Positions 22,860 to 40,695 of a stretch of DNA of 64,000 bases are shown piece after piece. The stretch lies in NCBI RefSeq assembly GCF_009914755.1, contig NC_060932.1. One strand, 5' to 3'. The notes under the pieces are model-generated. The model worked only from the letters and a program-made list of their open reading frames with translations, had not been told where the DNA came from and made no database searches. The position numbers and the translations under genes are program-made. The first letter of the stretch is position 1, and each line of letters starts with the position of its first letter. The DNA comes from the human T2T-CHM13v2.0 reference genome, Homo sapiens.

Positions 22860-25800
22860 GACCATATAAATGCTTCAGCAGTTGATTACAAATTCTCTGG
22901 AAACAAATAAAATATTAGAAAATCTCAGTAAAGGAATAGAAGTTATAAAAAAGAACCAAGTGGAAATTATGGAACTGAAAAAATTTAACAAAATAAAAAT
23001 TTTAAAGTGTCATTTTAAACTTGAAATGATAGGTTCAATAATAGAGTGGAGACAAAAATGATAAAGCCACTAGGTTTAAGGACAGATCAATAGAATTTAC
23101 CCAATATGAACAGAGAGAAAATATACTGGAAAAGTAACTGAATAGAGACTCAGGCTCCTGTGGGACAATGTCATAAGATCCAATATTCATAAGATCAGCA
23201 TTCCAGAGGGAAAAGAGGGAGTGGAATGAAAGAGTATTTGAATAAGTAATGGCTGAAAACTTCCCAAATTTGGTTAAAAAAAAATACAAACTTACAGATC
23301 CCAAAAGTTGAACAAATCCCAAACAGGATAAAACAAAGGAACACACATCATAATCACACACTTATAAACAAAAGACAAAGGAAATATCTAGAAGGCAGTC
23401 AGAGAGAAAGAACACATCACATGCAGAGGAACACCAATTCAAGTGACACTGAATTTTCATCTGAAACCATGGAAGCAGAAGGAGGAGGTACAACATTTTT
23501 CAATAGCTTAAAGAAAATAGCTGTCAACTGTGACTTCTATATCTGGTGAGACTATTCTTCAGAAATAAAGAAGAAATAAAGATATTCTTAGATAAGAAAA
23601 AACTAAAAGAATTTGTTCCTAGCAGACCTACCCTTAAAAGCCGGCTAAAGAAATTTCTTTAAATGGAAAGTAAAAGATAGAAGAAAGAATCTTGAAATAT
23701 CAGGAAGAAGGAACAAGAGGAAGAGTAGAAACATGTGCATATAATAAACTATCTTTTATCTCATGAGTTTTATAAATCATATTTGATGATTGAAACACAA
23801 ATTCTAACACCATCTGCTATTCAAGACAGTGATATTTAAAAGAGGGAAAAGTACAGGGACTTTAATGGTAATGAAGCTTCTATACTTCATTGGAAAAGGT
23901 AAAATGTTGATACTGTACCTATTATGTCTCATATGTATACTGTAATGCCTAGAGCAATCACTATGAATATCATGTAAAGAGGTATACCCAAAAACACTCT
24001 AAATAAGTCAAGACAGAATCCTAAGATGTTTAAGTAACTCAAAGGAAAGGAAGAAAACAGAAACATCTCAGAAGAAAACAGAAACAGAGGAATGATCATC
24101 AGAGGGAATAAATAGAAAAGAATTAATAAAATGGTGGACTTAAGCCATAACATAAAAATAATTATGCCAAATGCCAGTAGTCTAAGAGACAGAGATTAGC
24201 AGTGGATTAAGAAATCAAGCTTCAACAATATTTTACAAGAAAATCAGTTGAAATTCATTAACGTAGACTGAAAGTAAAAAGATATATCATGCAAAGATGG
24301 ATTTAAAAAAATAGACATGGCTGTATTAGGATAAGGTAGTCTTCAGAGGAAAGGAAACTACCATAGATAATGAAGGAAATTGCATAATGATAAATGGATC
24401 AATCCATTAAGAAGACATAAATAAGTCAGCCCTCCATGGGTTCTGCATCCACAGATTCAACAAATGGTGGATCAAAAACATTTGAACAAAAAAGCAATAA
24501 AAAATAACAATACAACAATAAAAAATAATACAAATAAAAACACCAACACGGCATAACATTCACATAGCATTTACATAGCATTAAGTATTATAAGTAATCT
24601 AGAAATGATTTAAAGTATATAAGAAAGTAGGTTATATGTAAATACTATACCATTTTGTATACGAGACTTGAGCAGCCACAGATTCTGATATCCTCAGGAA
24701 TCCTGGAACCAATTTCCTGTGGATATTGAGAGATGACTGTTTCTTAAATGTGTGCATACATAAAAAGTCTCACAATACATACAGCAAAAACTGATAGTGC
24801 TTAAAAGAGGAGTAGATAAAACTGCAATTATAGTTGGGGACCTCAACCTCCCCACCCTCAGCAACTGATAGAACTTAGACAGAAGATTTGAACAACGCAA
24901 TCAACCAACAGGATCTAATTGACATTTATAGAACACATCACACAACAACAGCAAGGTACACATTTTTTAAAGTGCCTGTGGAACATTCATCAAGATAGAC
25001 TGTACCTGAAGTCATAAAGTAAACCTTAACAAATTAAAATAAATGAAATCATACTAAGTGTTTTGTCTGACCATAATGGAATCAAACTATTAATCAATAA
25101 CAGAAAGAAAACACAAAAATCTCAGAAGACATGGAAATTAAACATACACTTCTAAATAATCTATAGATCAAAGAAGAAGCCTCAAAGGAAAATTTACTTC
25201 TAAATGATTTATAGATCAAAAAAGAAGCCTCAAAGGAAAATTTAAAAATTATGTCCAACTAAATGAAAATGAAAACGCAGCATATCCACATATATGAGAT
25301 GCAGATAAGACAGAGCTGAATGGGAAACAATATGAGATGTTGATATTAGGAATAAGGAAAGGTCTCAAGTCAAAAATCTGTTCTACTTCAAGAAACTAAG
25401 GAAGAATGAAACAAAATAAACCCAAAGCAAGCAGAATAAAAAAAAAAATAAAGAAAGAACAAAAATCCATGAAAGTGAAATTAGGAAAACAAATAGAAAA
25501 TCCATGCAAAAAGTTGGCCCTTTAAAAAAAAATCAACAAAATTGATAAACCTCTAGCTAGACTGACAATAATAAAAAGAGAGAAAACACAAATTAGCAAT
25601 ATTGGAAATGAAGTAGGTGATATCACTACAGATCCTACAGCCATGAAAAGGAAAATGAAGGAATATTATGAACAACTTTATCCTCATAAAGTCAATAACT
25701 TAGAAAATATGAAACAATTCCTTAAAAACTACACAATGTGAAAACTCAATCAAGGTGAAATAGATAATCTGACTAGCCCTATAGCCTTCAAATTCGTTGA

Positions 25801-26733
25801 ATTCATAAATTTAAAACTCTTGAAAAAGACACTTCTGGGCCCACGTGCTTCCACTGGAGAATTTTACAAATATTTTAAGAAGAATTAACAACAAGCTTGC
25901 ATGTTCTCTTCTAGCTCACTTGATGAAGCCTATTCGACATCACTAGTTATTAGGGAAACGCCAATCAAGACCACAATGAGATACACGCCTACCAGAATAC
26001 CTAAAATAAAAATTATAATAGCAGAAACACCAACTGTTGTTGAGGATATAAGGAAACTGGATTACTCATCAAGATTGCCAGTGAAAATGTAAAATAGTGT
26101 CATCTTTCTGGAAAGCAATTTGGTAGTTTCTTTAAAAAACTGAAAAAAAACTGTACATGGGATTACCATACAGACCAGAAATTACACTCTCGGGCATTTA
26201 TCTCAGATAAATAAAAACCTATATTCACAAAAAAGCCTATACACAAATGTTCACAGCACCTTTGTTTGTAATAGCCAAAACCCAAAATCAGCACAGATGT
26301 CTAGCAACAGGTAAAATGGCTAAAAAAACTGGTACATCCATACCATTGATTACTACTCAACAATAAAAGGAATGAACTATTTATATATGTAACAACTTTG
26401 ATGAATCTTCATGTAATTATGTTGACTAAAAATGCTAATCCCTAAACATTATATAACATTCAATTTCTATAACATTTTCGAAATGACAAAATTTTAGAAA
26501 TGAAGAACAGATCAGTGATTACAGGTTTTAGGGAATGGGAGGAGAGAGTTATAAAAGGGCAACATGTAGGGTCTTTGTTGGGATGGATCTGTTTAGTATC
26601 TTGACTGGCTTGGTGAATACACCAATGTACGTCAGATAAAATTGTATAGAACTAAATAAACATATACACATGCACACATACAAACAAATTATTACAACTG
26701 CATCTGAATCTACAGTTACCTCAATTTAAAAAG
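22860..26733 (+). mobile_element. Old L1M (L1MC/MD-like) with decayed ORF1, ORF2 endonuclease region, a large internal deletion near 25900, and 3' UTR
   Basis: ORF1-like LENLSKGIEVIKKNQVEIMELK; ORF2 motifs (gatctaattgacatttatagaac, gaccataatggaatcaaacta); C-terminal STSLVIRETPIKTTMRY. Confidence 0.85.
24423..24739. mobile_element. MER2 (TcMar-Tigger) MITE inserted in L1 ORF2
   Basis: Inverted termini agtcagccctcc...gagagatgactg; internal gggttctgcatccacagattcaac and aagtaatctagaaatgatttaaagtatat. Confidence 0.85.
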
Positions 26734-27120
26734 TATTCTGTTCTTCCCTGTTTCTCCTAACTATGAAGTTGGTTCCACTCCCACCTACGCCCAAAACAAA
26801 TTTATCTTGTCACCACTTTCTGCTGAGCTATGATATAGCACTTGACTTTATCAGCTAGAGCTCTTGCAGCAACATCAATTGGTCAGAATTGGTACTGAAT
26901 TCAACTCTATTGGCACATCATCTAGAAAACAATCTTCCAGAAATATTTAGCCTGAATCCAACCAAGCTTGTGTACCTCACTCCAGTTTAAGAGGAAGAAG
27001 TTTCTTTTTTTTTTTACACCATAAATATATAAAATTTTTATTTGTCAATTCAAAATCAGTTGGAAGAAACAAACGAGAAAAACAGAAGCACACAGCGTGG
27101 TGGTTTGTTTTTTACTATGG

Positions 27121-28968
<1,848 letters not shown>

Positions 28969-29082
28969 CTACAGGGCACATGGCATGGAAATCATTTTTT
29001 TAAAGTCAACGATCTATGGAACTTTCTTTCAGCTTACTATTAACTGTACCTATATTGATGCATACATATGCATAGAGGATAG

Positions 29083-29638
<556 letters not shown>

Positions 29639-31089
29639 TGACCGGGATTGATGATCTTTCAGATCCCTTCCCACTGTGATATTCAGACAGGAAGTTCAAA
29701 TCTTGACTCTGATATTTATTAGCTGTGTCCTCTCAGTCTCAGTTTTTCTTATGTATAAAGATGAAGGATTTGGAACAGCCCTAAAATCCTGTTTCTTAAA
29801 GTCACCAGAGAATTGATTCACAATCTTTCAGTAACTTACTGACACGATGAAGTGCCACCACATTTTTCTTCCAATCTGGATCTTTCAAACAGTAATTTAA
29901 AGACTTCTTCACCTTCTGGACCCAATAAAGTAGGAAAGAAGATAAAGTACTGACTTCTTTAAATGTTTGTAAAATGTTATTTGTTTGACCCTCACCTACC
30001 TCCTTTCCTATGTTAGTCATTTCCAGCAAGTAAAATCAACATATAATTATATTGTACACTGTGTGCAAACACACACACTGTGTGCAAGCCTTGTTAGTTT
30101 TCCCATTATGCATATTTAGTCATATGTGACTTTCCTCTGTATCTTTCCAAAGTCTATCTGCTCAGGCTTAGTCGATTTTATTCTATCTCTCTGAACTGCC
30201 CAATCAGTATGTCTTATCCAAGGGTAAGTCCCACATTTGATCAGAATTCCAGGCATAGCATCATCATTCTTTTCCAAGGTACAGTGGTGAACATGATTAT
30301 AAAGATTTGGGCCAACACATATGCTCACACTAAATTAAAACAAACAAACAAACAAACAAAAAACAGCTTTGGGAACAGAGGATTGAGAACCCATCTTCAC
30401 TATTGAGGTCTGAGTATGCCCAGAAGAGAGGCCACCCAAACAGAGTATTAGAGAAAGAGCAATAGAATGTTAGAATATAACTCAAGTGATCAAGACACTA
30501 TGAGGCTGGGTGTTGGATACATCAGGCACATAGATTTAAGTTGTCCACCCAAATGTATAGAAGGCCTTATGAAACCTTTTCCTTTTGTACTTGTTCTTAT
30601 TTAAGTATATTTAAATGTATATTTTTTCTGTTTTTCTTTTAAGTTATGGAAGCATACGCAGCTATCTCAGCATATTTTCATGCTGCCTTGAAAATTTGTA
30701 TTATTATAATTTAAAGTTTAATCCATTCTCAGTTATATTCTTTCTTATAGTCATATTTCTTTTATAGATTTCTGTTTCCTGAAATTATCTTGTTGATACA
30801 AAAGAAATGGTTCTAAATTTTGCCTTGAGAAATGTTTTTGTTTGCTGATTACGGTTTATTATGACTGCTATTTACAAATTAAGCCCTCATCATTCAAAGA
30901 ACTAAGTTACCAACCACACTAGCTCAAAGAGTTAGGTTCCTGTAACTGGATTATGTCCACCACGTATGTTTAAGTTTTCAGACCTTTTTAAGTTGGTATC
31001 TGCTAAAGAATTGGAGGAGAGAGAAATTGCTCATTTCTAAAATGTGAATATAAAGATGTGTCTCTGTTTAATGATGCTAGAAAAGACTT

Positions 31090-31388
31090 TTTTTTTTTCT
31101 TTTTTTGAGACAGAGTCTTGCTGCGACCCCCAGGCTGGAGTGCAATGGTGCGACCTTGGCTCACTGAAACCTCTGCTTCACAGGTTCAAGTGATTCTCCT
31201 GCCTCAGCCTCCTGAGAAGCTGGGGTGATAGGCAAGTGCCATCATGCCTGGCTAATTTTTGTATTTTTAGTAGAGATGGGGTTTCACCATGTTGGCCAGG
31301 CTGGTCTTGAACTCCTGGCCTTGGGTGATCCACCTGCCTCGGCCTCCCAAAGTCCTGGGATTACAGGTGTGAGCCACCATGCCTGGCC
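31090..31388 (-). mobile_element. AluS-type SINE
   Basis: Full dimer; TSD agaaaagactt at 31079-31089 and 31389-31399. Confidence 0.95.
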
Positions 31389-32580
31389 AGAAAAGACTTA
31401 AAATCAATTTAGGTGTAAGAGCTCTGAACCTAGTATAAATATGACTGCATTTTACTAATAGTCAACTGGGATCTTGAAGAAGTTATATAATTTGTTTAAG
31501 TGTATATAGTTAACCTATGGGAAAACCTGGTTTCCTTTTCCCCAATTAGATGTTTTTTTGCAGATGAGTAGCAAACTGGTGGGCCTGTGTCCCCTTGGCC
31601 TGCTTCATTCACTCACATGTCCTGCCTGGCGTTCCTAGGCATTTGAGTTGCCAGCTGCTGAATCCTGTATCTGGAGCTCTTTGGGATTACCTAGCACCTG
31701 CTATCGGCATGGCCCTGCACTGAACAGGGATAACACACATCCCAGCCTCTGAAGCAACTTGCAACTCTACAGAGCCATTGTAGGCAGGCCCGCAGGGAGT
31801 TTGGGAAAGGGCAGACTTGAGTGGAAGTGGGTAGTACTCTGTGCATTGAGATCTGGAGGAAAAAACACTTAAGAGACCACTTAGGATCTTCAGTTAGAAG
31901 AACACACCTTTCCCACTGCATTAACAGGCCTTCCTGGTCTTCCCAGAGACCAGGATTTGCCGTGAGTGACTGGCAAGAAAATGCTTTCTAATCACCTTTA
32001 AAAAACCCAAAAAAAACTAAAGCAGGGTTTTATTTGGGACCTAGATGATTCTAGAAGTCCCCTTTCTCCATTTCCAACCCAGAAATCCTCTGACTATGGA
32101 AAGCATCCCATAGTCAGTGATAAAAATCTGGTTGAACAAACATTTTGTATGCATGCATTTAAAACAGAATTGCCAATCAATCAATCAATCAATCAAAAAC
32201 ACAAATATTACCTTCTTCTAAGAGAGGCCAGCCCAAGTAAAATTTAGCTGGAACAAACTGTCTTTTGGCTTGTAAATGAATAAGCTCTGTGCTCTTCTGA
32301 GATGGCTTTGTCCAACTTACTGGAGCTACATAAATTCAGAAGAAGTTTCTGTTTTGTTAGATTTCAAGATTAGTCTGAAGTTTTTGTTTTTGTTTTTAAA
32401 GTATGATGTTTTCTTCTTGACAACTTTGCATTAGGCATAAGAAAGAATATGTGAGATGCCATTTATAGCACCGATGTGGAATAATAAACACAAGCTCTTT
32501 CACTGATTCTTGAAGAATTTGTGACGACTTGCTTAAATAATAAGCAATAAATGCTATAGTTGATTTTCTCTAAGAGATGT

Positions 32581-33004
32581 TGTATTAGTCCATCCTTGTA
32601 CTTCTATAAAGAAATATCTGAGACTAGATAATTTATTTAAAAAAAAGGTTGAATTGGTTCATAGTTCTGCAGGCTGTACAGGAAATAGTGGCTGCTGCTT
32701 CTCCAGAGGCCTCAGGAAACTTACAATCATGGTGGAAGGTGAAAGGAAAGCAGGCACATCTTACATGGCAGGGGCAGAAGGAAGAGAGAAAAGGGGGAGG
32801 GGGTGCTACACACTTTTAAACAAGCAGATCTCACTATAAGTCACTTACTCTTTATCACCAGGACACCACCAAGGGGAAGGTGCTAACCCATTAATGAGAA
32901 CTCTGCCCCCATGATACAATCACCTCCCACCAGGCCCCACCTCCAACAATTGGGATTACAATTCAACATGAGATTTGGTGGGGACACAGATCCAAATCAT
33001 ATCA
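32581..33004 (-). mobile_element. MSTA-like MaLR solo LTR
   Basis: tgtattagtcc...ggcctcaggaaacttacaatcatgg...gagatttggtggggacacagatccaaatcatatca; 5-bp TSD gatgt at 32576-32580 and 33005-33009. Confidence 0.9.
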
Positions 33005-33544
33005 GATGTCTTCAAGCTTTCAATGATGACTAATGTGTCAGGGAAGAATGCACAGATTAGTAAAAAATGAATGTGTCCTGTAAGCATGGAATAATAACTG
33101 AAAGAGTCTGCCCTACTCAATAGTATCCCAGCTTTCATTTTGTCCACATAATCCCAAGATGCTAGGTTGTCTCCTTTGTAAATTAAATACCTCAAAGGAC
33201 ATTCTCCAAGCCTTTTAGAGACTTACTTTTCCCTGTCTCATAGTTTGACACAACTGTCTGCCTTGGCTGCAGAGAAAGCTCATTAGGTCAAATGGATGCA
33301 ATAAGTCTTCCCCATAGCCCATCTCTGGCTGTACAGAGAGAGTTCTTCAGGGTCTTATTTTAGAAGGAAAAACCCAGTCTTGATTGCATTCACCTTATTA
33401 GGAGTTCCTTTATCTCATCCACCATGTTTCTATCCCTACTTTCAGGCCAACTATCCCATGTGGAAACAGCTATCCAGATCACTCATGTTTGGAATATATG
33501 CATGTGATATATATTCATTTATTAATATTATAAAAGAAATGGTA

Positions 33545-33913
33545 TATACTGGACACCTTAAAATGACAGTAAAGACTTTGCTCAAGTGTGTTGCAATAGG
33601 AAGTAAAGGCTACTGTAATAGGGTACAGAGACTGAACACAACTCCAAATACAATAGGAACAAATGAGAATTTGTAGCCACAGGCAGAGTGAGGCTGTTGA
33701 TGAAAAATTACTAGGAGAAACGTAGTCAGGTGTCAAGGACAGAGTGAGGAAAAAGAGGAACTTGATTAATATCAAAGGTAAGGGGATTCTCAACAAATTG
33801 GCTTAGCAGAGTTCTTTGCTAAAACTGGGCTTTGAAGGCTGAGAACACGGGCCAAGCATGAGGCCTACTCAGGAAAAGGGCTCAGAGTTTGGTCAAGATG
33901 GGAGTCATTGTCA
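33545..33913 (-). mobile_element. MER31-like ERV1 LTR
   Basis: Right end gggctcagagtttggtcaagatgggagtcattgtca resembles the reverse complement of the recalled MER31 5' end. Confidence 0.6.
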
Positions 33914-34234
33914 ATACTCTGTGACTTCCTGTGGTAGGAAGGTCTCCCTAAGAATGGGACATTTGGCCAAGACCTGAAAGATGAGAAAGAGTCAGCCCAA
34001 AGTGGAGAAGGGAAAGAATGTTCTAGGTAGGGAAGAAGAGGAAAGAATATTCCTCATTTCATACATTGGTCAGTCTCCCCTTACAGTCATTTCTTTCTTT
34101 GAATGTTCTGTAAGTCTCACAGACATGTCAAGCACACTGGACCTAGGAGTCGGGAACCTTGTACCCACTGTACACATAACTGTTCATCTGGTTTCACTGA
34201 GCCCTTCCAGATCTGAGTTTCATTATATGACAGA

Positions 34235-34437
34235 AAGAGGTTACTACCATTTGGATGGTATATTATTCTGGGGGTTATATTGCACATTGCAGGATATTTA
34301 TAATTACTGCCCTCTGCCCAATAAATGCTGGTAGTATTCTCTAAATATTCTGAAAACCAGTAATGAAGTCCCACTTACATTTTCAGAGGTCCCCCAATTG
34401 GAAAGGAGGTGAATTTACCTCCAGTTGAAGATCACTA
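34235..34437. mobile_element. MER20-like hAT DNA transposon, diverged
   Basis: gcacattgcaggatattt...aatgctggtag...ccagttgaagatcact. Confidence 0.45.
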
Positions 34438-36978
34438 TTAATTACAAAGATTCCTGTTAGCTCTCCTTGCCTGATTCTATCTGAATTGCAAATCCATCTG
34501 GAAGAACCAGCCTCCATCTTAATTCACTCTCTCCCCAAGCTTTCCTGATACTTCAGCTTGCTGCAGTCAGCAATTACTTACAATATTTATATGTTGCCTC
34601 AGGGTTCAAAGAATTATGTAGGTGGGTAAGTAAGACTCCCGATTTCTGAATGTGGGTGAAAGAGACAGCTCTTTTCTCTGGGAAGGTTCTATATGAGCCA
34701 GAACTAGGAAAGCGCTCCTTGTAACTTAGTTAATGGAAAAAAGATAGGTAACGGGTCATCAACTTGTAGCAGGCAAGGATTAAAGCAGGAGGTAAAATTT
34801 CAGATAGAACTTTCCAGGGGCTGAGCATTCACATTTTTTCCTCTTTTCCCCTTTGGAAATTAAACTGCTGATCTTTCTAAGCAGTCTTCTCAAGGGTTTC
34901 TCTATTGAGAACAATCCCTGAGATTTTGTTAAGATAAATATAGGCACTGACATCCTTCTCCAGCAAAATCCTAAATCCTAAAATGTATTTTCTCCTTGTG
35001 TGAGAATTTAAAATATGTAAATTGTGTCTATATACATATTTAACGCATTTTCCAAATTCTGTTTGCTATTCAGAGTGTAGGATATTTTGGACCCACTTTG
35101 AAGGGAATGTACGCTGATGTTTTACAGTATCTCCTGCAGTGTAGCTACTGTTAAGTGGCAGTGATAAATAATAACCACTGGCTCTGATTGCTTAGAGAAT
35201 TTCCAAGTGATAATTTGGGATGTAATTAAGGAAAAGAAACCAATGTTTTCTTTCACCACTTTCATAAAATAATTTCCCAGTGAGGCATCAGAGCTTCTGT
35301 GGGTAATGTTACCTGGTAGAGCAAAATTAACTCTCCAAACACACAGAACTTTGGATAGGAAAAGTCAACCAGTCCATTGGATTTTGTTGTTATTGTTGCT
35401 AAATGAACTATGTTGACCCCATGTTCCTATGTTTGTTCTTTTGTGAACTTATTAAATGCTATCTTTTGTTTGTTTCTGATTCTTAGAATTAGGCTGGAGC
35501 CTGTGTTCTGACCAGGGAACAAAAGTAGGTCCAATAGAGCTCTCAGCCCACTGGTTTATGAAGAGAGTCAGGGAGAGGGTGAGGCCACTCTTTAGTCTCT
35601 GTGACCTACCTGACTTGGGCTAGGCAGGGGCGCCATGGGTGTGTCTGTGGGCCCTTCTCTAGAAAAATCCTAAGAACTCCCACATCTCTATCCTGACACA
35701 TCTGGTCCTGCCAATTAACTCTCATATTTACAGTGCTCTAGGCTCCAAATGACTTTGGAAACCTCCAAAGGGGACTTTTCTGCCCAAGTTAATCACATAC
35801 TCACTTCTAGAAGAAGTGTTGGTAGCATTTGCAGAAAGCTTTTCTCCTCAGGGGAATATATTTAACCTGGTTTTGAAGGATGATCAAGCCACCTATCATT
35901 ATTGTTACTTGTTAGCCACCACTAGGCATTACAGGAGTTGGTCAAGACCAAGAGTTCTTTCCATCAGCCTTGCCTTATTGGTGCCAAAACTCAGAAATAG
36001 TGTAGTCAGTGGTCAGGGTGTTCCTGCACCTCAGAGCTGTGGAAGTCACAGCAGCCTTATATCCTGATAGCTCCAAGAATCTCATAACAATGATGTGTCT
36101 TGAGGAAGATAAACTGTTGAAGGATGATACCCACATAGAAGAATACCAGCCTGCAAAACAGCCAACAAGTTGCATTTCTATCAAAACTGCCTTGAATGTA
36201 TTACCTATAAAGATAAGACTTTTCTTTCAGTTACATAATAATTTCCTACAGCTCATTCCTTTTAATATTTCATGAATTTGATTGCCTGCCTCTGTTTAAG
36301 TTTCTTATGATTAAGAAGGATAGAATTTGTAAAATGAGAAAGGATAAACCAACTTTTAAAACTTAAATCAGACTACAGATTCTCTAAGTTCAATCCATTT
36401 CTATTAGGTGTGAATTAGCCATATTTTTCAGGGTTCAGATTGCTCATTATAGGCAACTAATTTTAGAGCCTTAAGGCTTCCCTTGGTTGTAAAAGCATGT
36501 TATCCTTGTAGAATGTATTGATCTCTTTATTAAATACGGAGGTTTGGAGTTTTCATTGGAGTAGGCAATTTCCTGAGTTAATTAAAATTATGAGATGCTG
36601 TATACTTCTAACTCAAGTTACAGGTGTGCTTCCCATGAAAAGCAATACATACAGAGTTGCTTTACTAATTCACTATTTAATTCAAGTTGCCTTGCACACT
36701 GTTATCAGAGTTTATGATTTCAGAAAGGTACCTCTTGATTGCAAGAGTGACTGCAGAATATCATTGAGAGGGAAGGAGCTCAGGAGTGTAAAATCATTCA
36801 AAGCAATGTAGTACCAAAGGATAGATATTTTTCTTTTAAAAAGCCTCATCATATTATCCAATTTCTTATCCCAAAAGTGATTTTATGGTTATAAGAGTCA
36901 GGTTCAGGAGAAAGAATATTCTATTTCAGGTAGTGACTAGCACATTTCCATGAACCCAATGCAAGATCTATAAATGTT

Positions 36979-37323
<345 letters not shown>

Positions 37324-37486
37324 TTACTTAATTCACTCATGTCGGGGAGATTTTGCTGTTTGTGGCTCTGAGTAGGCTGATATGATCCTAGCTCCATGCC
37401 TAGTGCTCAAGAAATCTTCATGGAATAATTAAAGAATCATCTCCGAAGTCATATGTTTGTGATTTTAGAAGATGCCAGTTTACAGG

Positions 37487-37528
37487 GTGTGTGTGTGTGT
37501 GTGTGTGTGCGTGTGTGTGTGTGTGTGT
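37487..37528. repeat. (GT)n microsatellite
   Basis: Read directly. Confidence 0.95.
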
Positions 37529-39309
37529 TGTCCATCATGAATTGTGAAATCACTCTATGTCATTAGACAGGAAGGCTGAGACATCTGGTGACCTACTGCC
37601 TGCTTTTGGTTTGTGGATGTAGAAAAACCCTGGTGTAAACCTTGACTGAAAATAGAATGGCCAAAACGGAAGTGCTTAAACCAATGCTAATTTAGCTGTA
37701 TTAAGTGCTTATTTGCATTCTTGAAACTCTTCCTAGTTTTTACTTTTCTGCAGATCCTCAGCCAAGGGATTTACTAGAATAGACAAGCATGAAATTAATT
37801 TTTTATATTTGTTTAGTAATAGATGGGAAGATCATAGCTCACTTCCATTGGGATCATTTTTTGTTTTGTTTTTAATTTCTTCTGCTTTCTTCTGCTGGTG
37901 CTCTCTATGGGCCCTGGTGCAATCTCTATCCAGAGAGCTACGTGAAATAAACCCTTCCCCATTTATATTTTGGGCTGTCTTAAAGTGGTGTTTGAGGACC
38001 AGATCTTTCCCAATGGCTAAGAGTCTCATGGTATACAAGCCTTCCTGTTTGTAAGCATCCATCTAGCATTTGTTATTCACTGTTCTTGACTGCATTTTAT
38101 CACTGACTGCATTCACACTACATTAACCTTATGTGAATGCAGGCATGGCCCTCTCCTAAACCAGAATCAAATCTGTTTCCTTTCCTCCTCTTGGACCCAA
38201 GGTGCTCAGTAATACATTGTTCTCTATAAGCATGAGTCATAATAGAAAATACTTAAGGACACACATCAGACGTCAGCAATGAGCATGAGAAACTTTGAAG
38301 AGTAAGGAAATTCAACCACTAGTGATCTCAGTGTTGGTCAAGGCAAGTTGGCACCATGCCTACCTTCCTTCTTTCGCTAAGAAACATTTGCTGAGCATCT
38401 ACTATGTATAGGTACTGGTGATTGCCAGGGATTCAAAGGCAAATGCATCAAACCCCCAGCTTGGTTGGAGCTGATGGTCTAGACTAGCAGTGCAAGCATT
38501 CCTTTGTTATAAATAGGACAGGAAATATTCTCTTCTGCAGACATGGCACCTGCTCATGGTGGTATTTTATCACATTTGGTAGACACTACCAGCCCATATA
38601 CTTCTGAGTAACCCTTGACAGCCCTGATATCAAGTAATGTTAATATTAATATTGTGTGATACTGTGCTGGGTGCTGATTCCTACTATGTAAGAACTAGTC
38701 ACAACTACAGCACCTCTGACTCACCTCCTACCTGACTTAGTTCCTTCAGTCCTTCCTCTCTTCACACCCATATCTAATTGGTACCTAAGTCCTGGCTACT
38801 ATCCTTCATGGTTCCTCCCACATCTCTATTATTTCCATTCAACTCTCACCCAGTGTATTGCATCACTTCCCTTTAACGGAGCTGCTCGACTCCAGTCCCC
38901 TGCCTTTGATGCACATAGTTCCTGCTGCCAGCCCAAATCTCCCTGAGGCACAGAAGCCATCATTTCCTTCATCAGCATAACAGTCAGCAGTTCTCCCACC
39001 AAGCAGAATGAGATGAATCACAATCACATTTCTGATCTTATTTTTACCTTCCTTTTCATTTGCCTCACGGCACAGGAAAACTTTGCATTCCTTCAATACA
39101 TGGTGTCTACACGCTAAGCTCTTACTATTGTTTATGTGGCTCCTTCTGCCCTTTCCCTTCTATGTCTAGTGTCCAAACCTCCCCATTTCTCATGACCCAG
39201 TGGAAGACTTTCCAAAACTCCCCAATCATAAGTGATCTCTCCTTCTTGTAATTCCCAAGCACTTTGCAACCCCTGTTACTTTCTCCTTCATGTCATATTT
39301 ACTCAGGTA

Positions 39310-39535
39310 ATAATGAGACTACCATGACCATCAGCACTTTCTGTGCATTACCATGAGCTGCTAAGGCTTTATGTGCACTCTGCACTTCATCATTACCAGT
39401 GAGGTGTAGGTGCTGTGATCCTCCTCCTACAGATGAGGGAATGAAACCACACAGAGATTAAGTTACTTGCTAACCTTACATAGGACAGCTGGGATTTAAA
39501 TCAGACTCTGCCGAACTCTAAATCCTCATTGCCTC
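39310..39535 (-). mobile_element. MIR
   Basis: tacagatgagggaatgaaaccacacagagattaagttacttgc...gctgggatttaaatcag. Confidence 0.65.
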
Positions 39536-40695
39536 CCATGTACATATATTTTACTGTCTCCTACTGATTTCCATCTACTGGCAGGAAAGTAAAATTACTT
39601 TTTTCTCTTTGTGTCTTCCACAACGTACAGAATCATTAAATCTTTGTACAAATGCCTCCTGACTCCTTATTGCAGTTGCAGGTACTTCAACAGTTTTAAA
39701 AGAAGACATCGAATAGTAAGAAATTGCATTAAATTTTGAAGTGAAGAAATAGATGCATTTGATGCTGATTTCATTCTCTTCAATTCTTGAGAGAATACAG
39801 AAGCACCTGGACCAAATGTGATAAAATGTTGGTTTTTATTTATTCAAACCACTGCTTTATTTAAATCAAAGAACTAGAGGGAAGACAACATCTAGGGAAA
39901 TTAACTGTAAATGGTGAGTTATTGCACATGCACACACACAGTGATACATACTCTATTTCTCCGCAGAAACACAAATGAAAAAATATCCTGGCAGATTGGA
40001 ATTTAAAAGCTTTAGTTTCAGTGTCATTTTAAGTGGTGGATATGAATGCTTTGCACTCTAGTGTCTATATCCAGAGATGGATAGGCCTGCCAGGAGTGGT
40101 CTGGAGAAACACGGGCTCTTATTTCCATGCTGTACTTGAGAGAATATTGTCTTCACTGTGTTTGTCCAATATTCTCTATACTATTTCAAAGTCAGGGCCT
40201 TGTTCTTGGACAAGAACATTACCCTTTGTGTTTTGTCCTCAGTAGCATTGGTCAGATAGGGGTGGACTGGGGCAGAGGATGACAGTCCCCAAACTCTCTC
40301 CATATATTGTTGCCATACTTGCTAGAGAGACACACATTTGCAATGACTCTAGCTGTTTTTATAAAATAAACACTATTCTTAGTCAAGCATCTGTGAACTG
40401 AACTGAACCAAAAATTCAGAAGCAGATGAAATAATGTAGCTGGCTCCCTGTCTAAAACTCCACCTGTGTGTTATCAGATGTTTGAATATAATAGTATTCA
40501 ATACATTATTTCTAAAAATCTGATGCTGAGGCTTTGAATGCCAAGTATTCTTGAATTACAATTAATAATAAGTTAGACAACTCATTATTCTGGTATTTCA
40601 GAGAATTATATTCTTATGCTAACACAATTCCAAAAGTTTCCAGTACTGATTGAAATAAGATAAAATTCAAAGAGATGAAAATTTGCTTGCAGGAT

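Noticed and set aside
31560-31660. Possible short hAT-type transposon fragment (ggcatttgagttgccagctgctg)
   Set aside because: Too diverged to name or delimit without a database search
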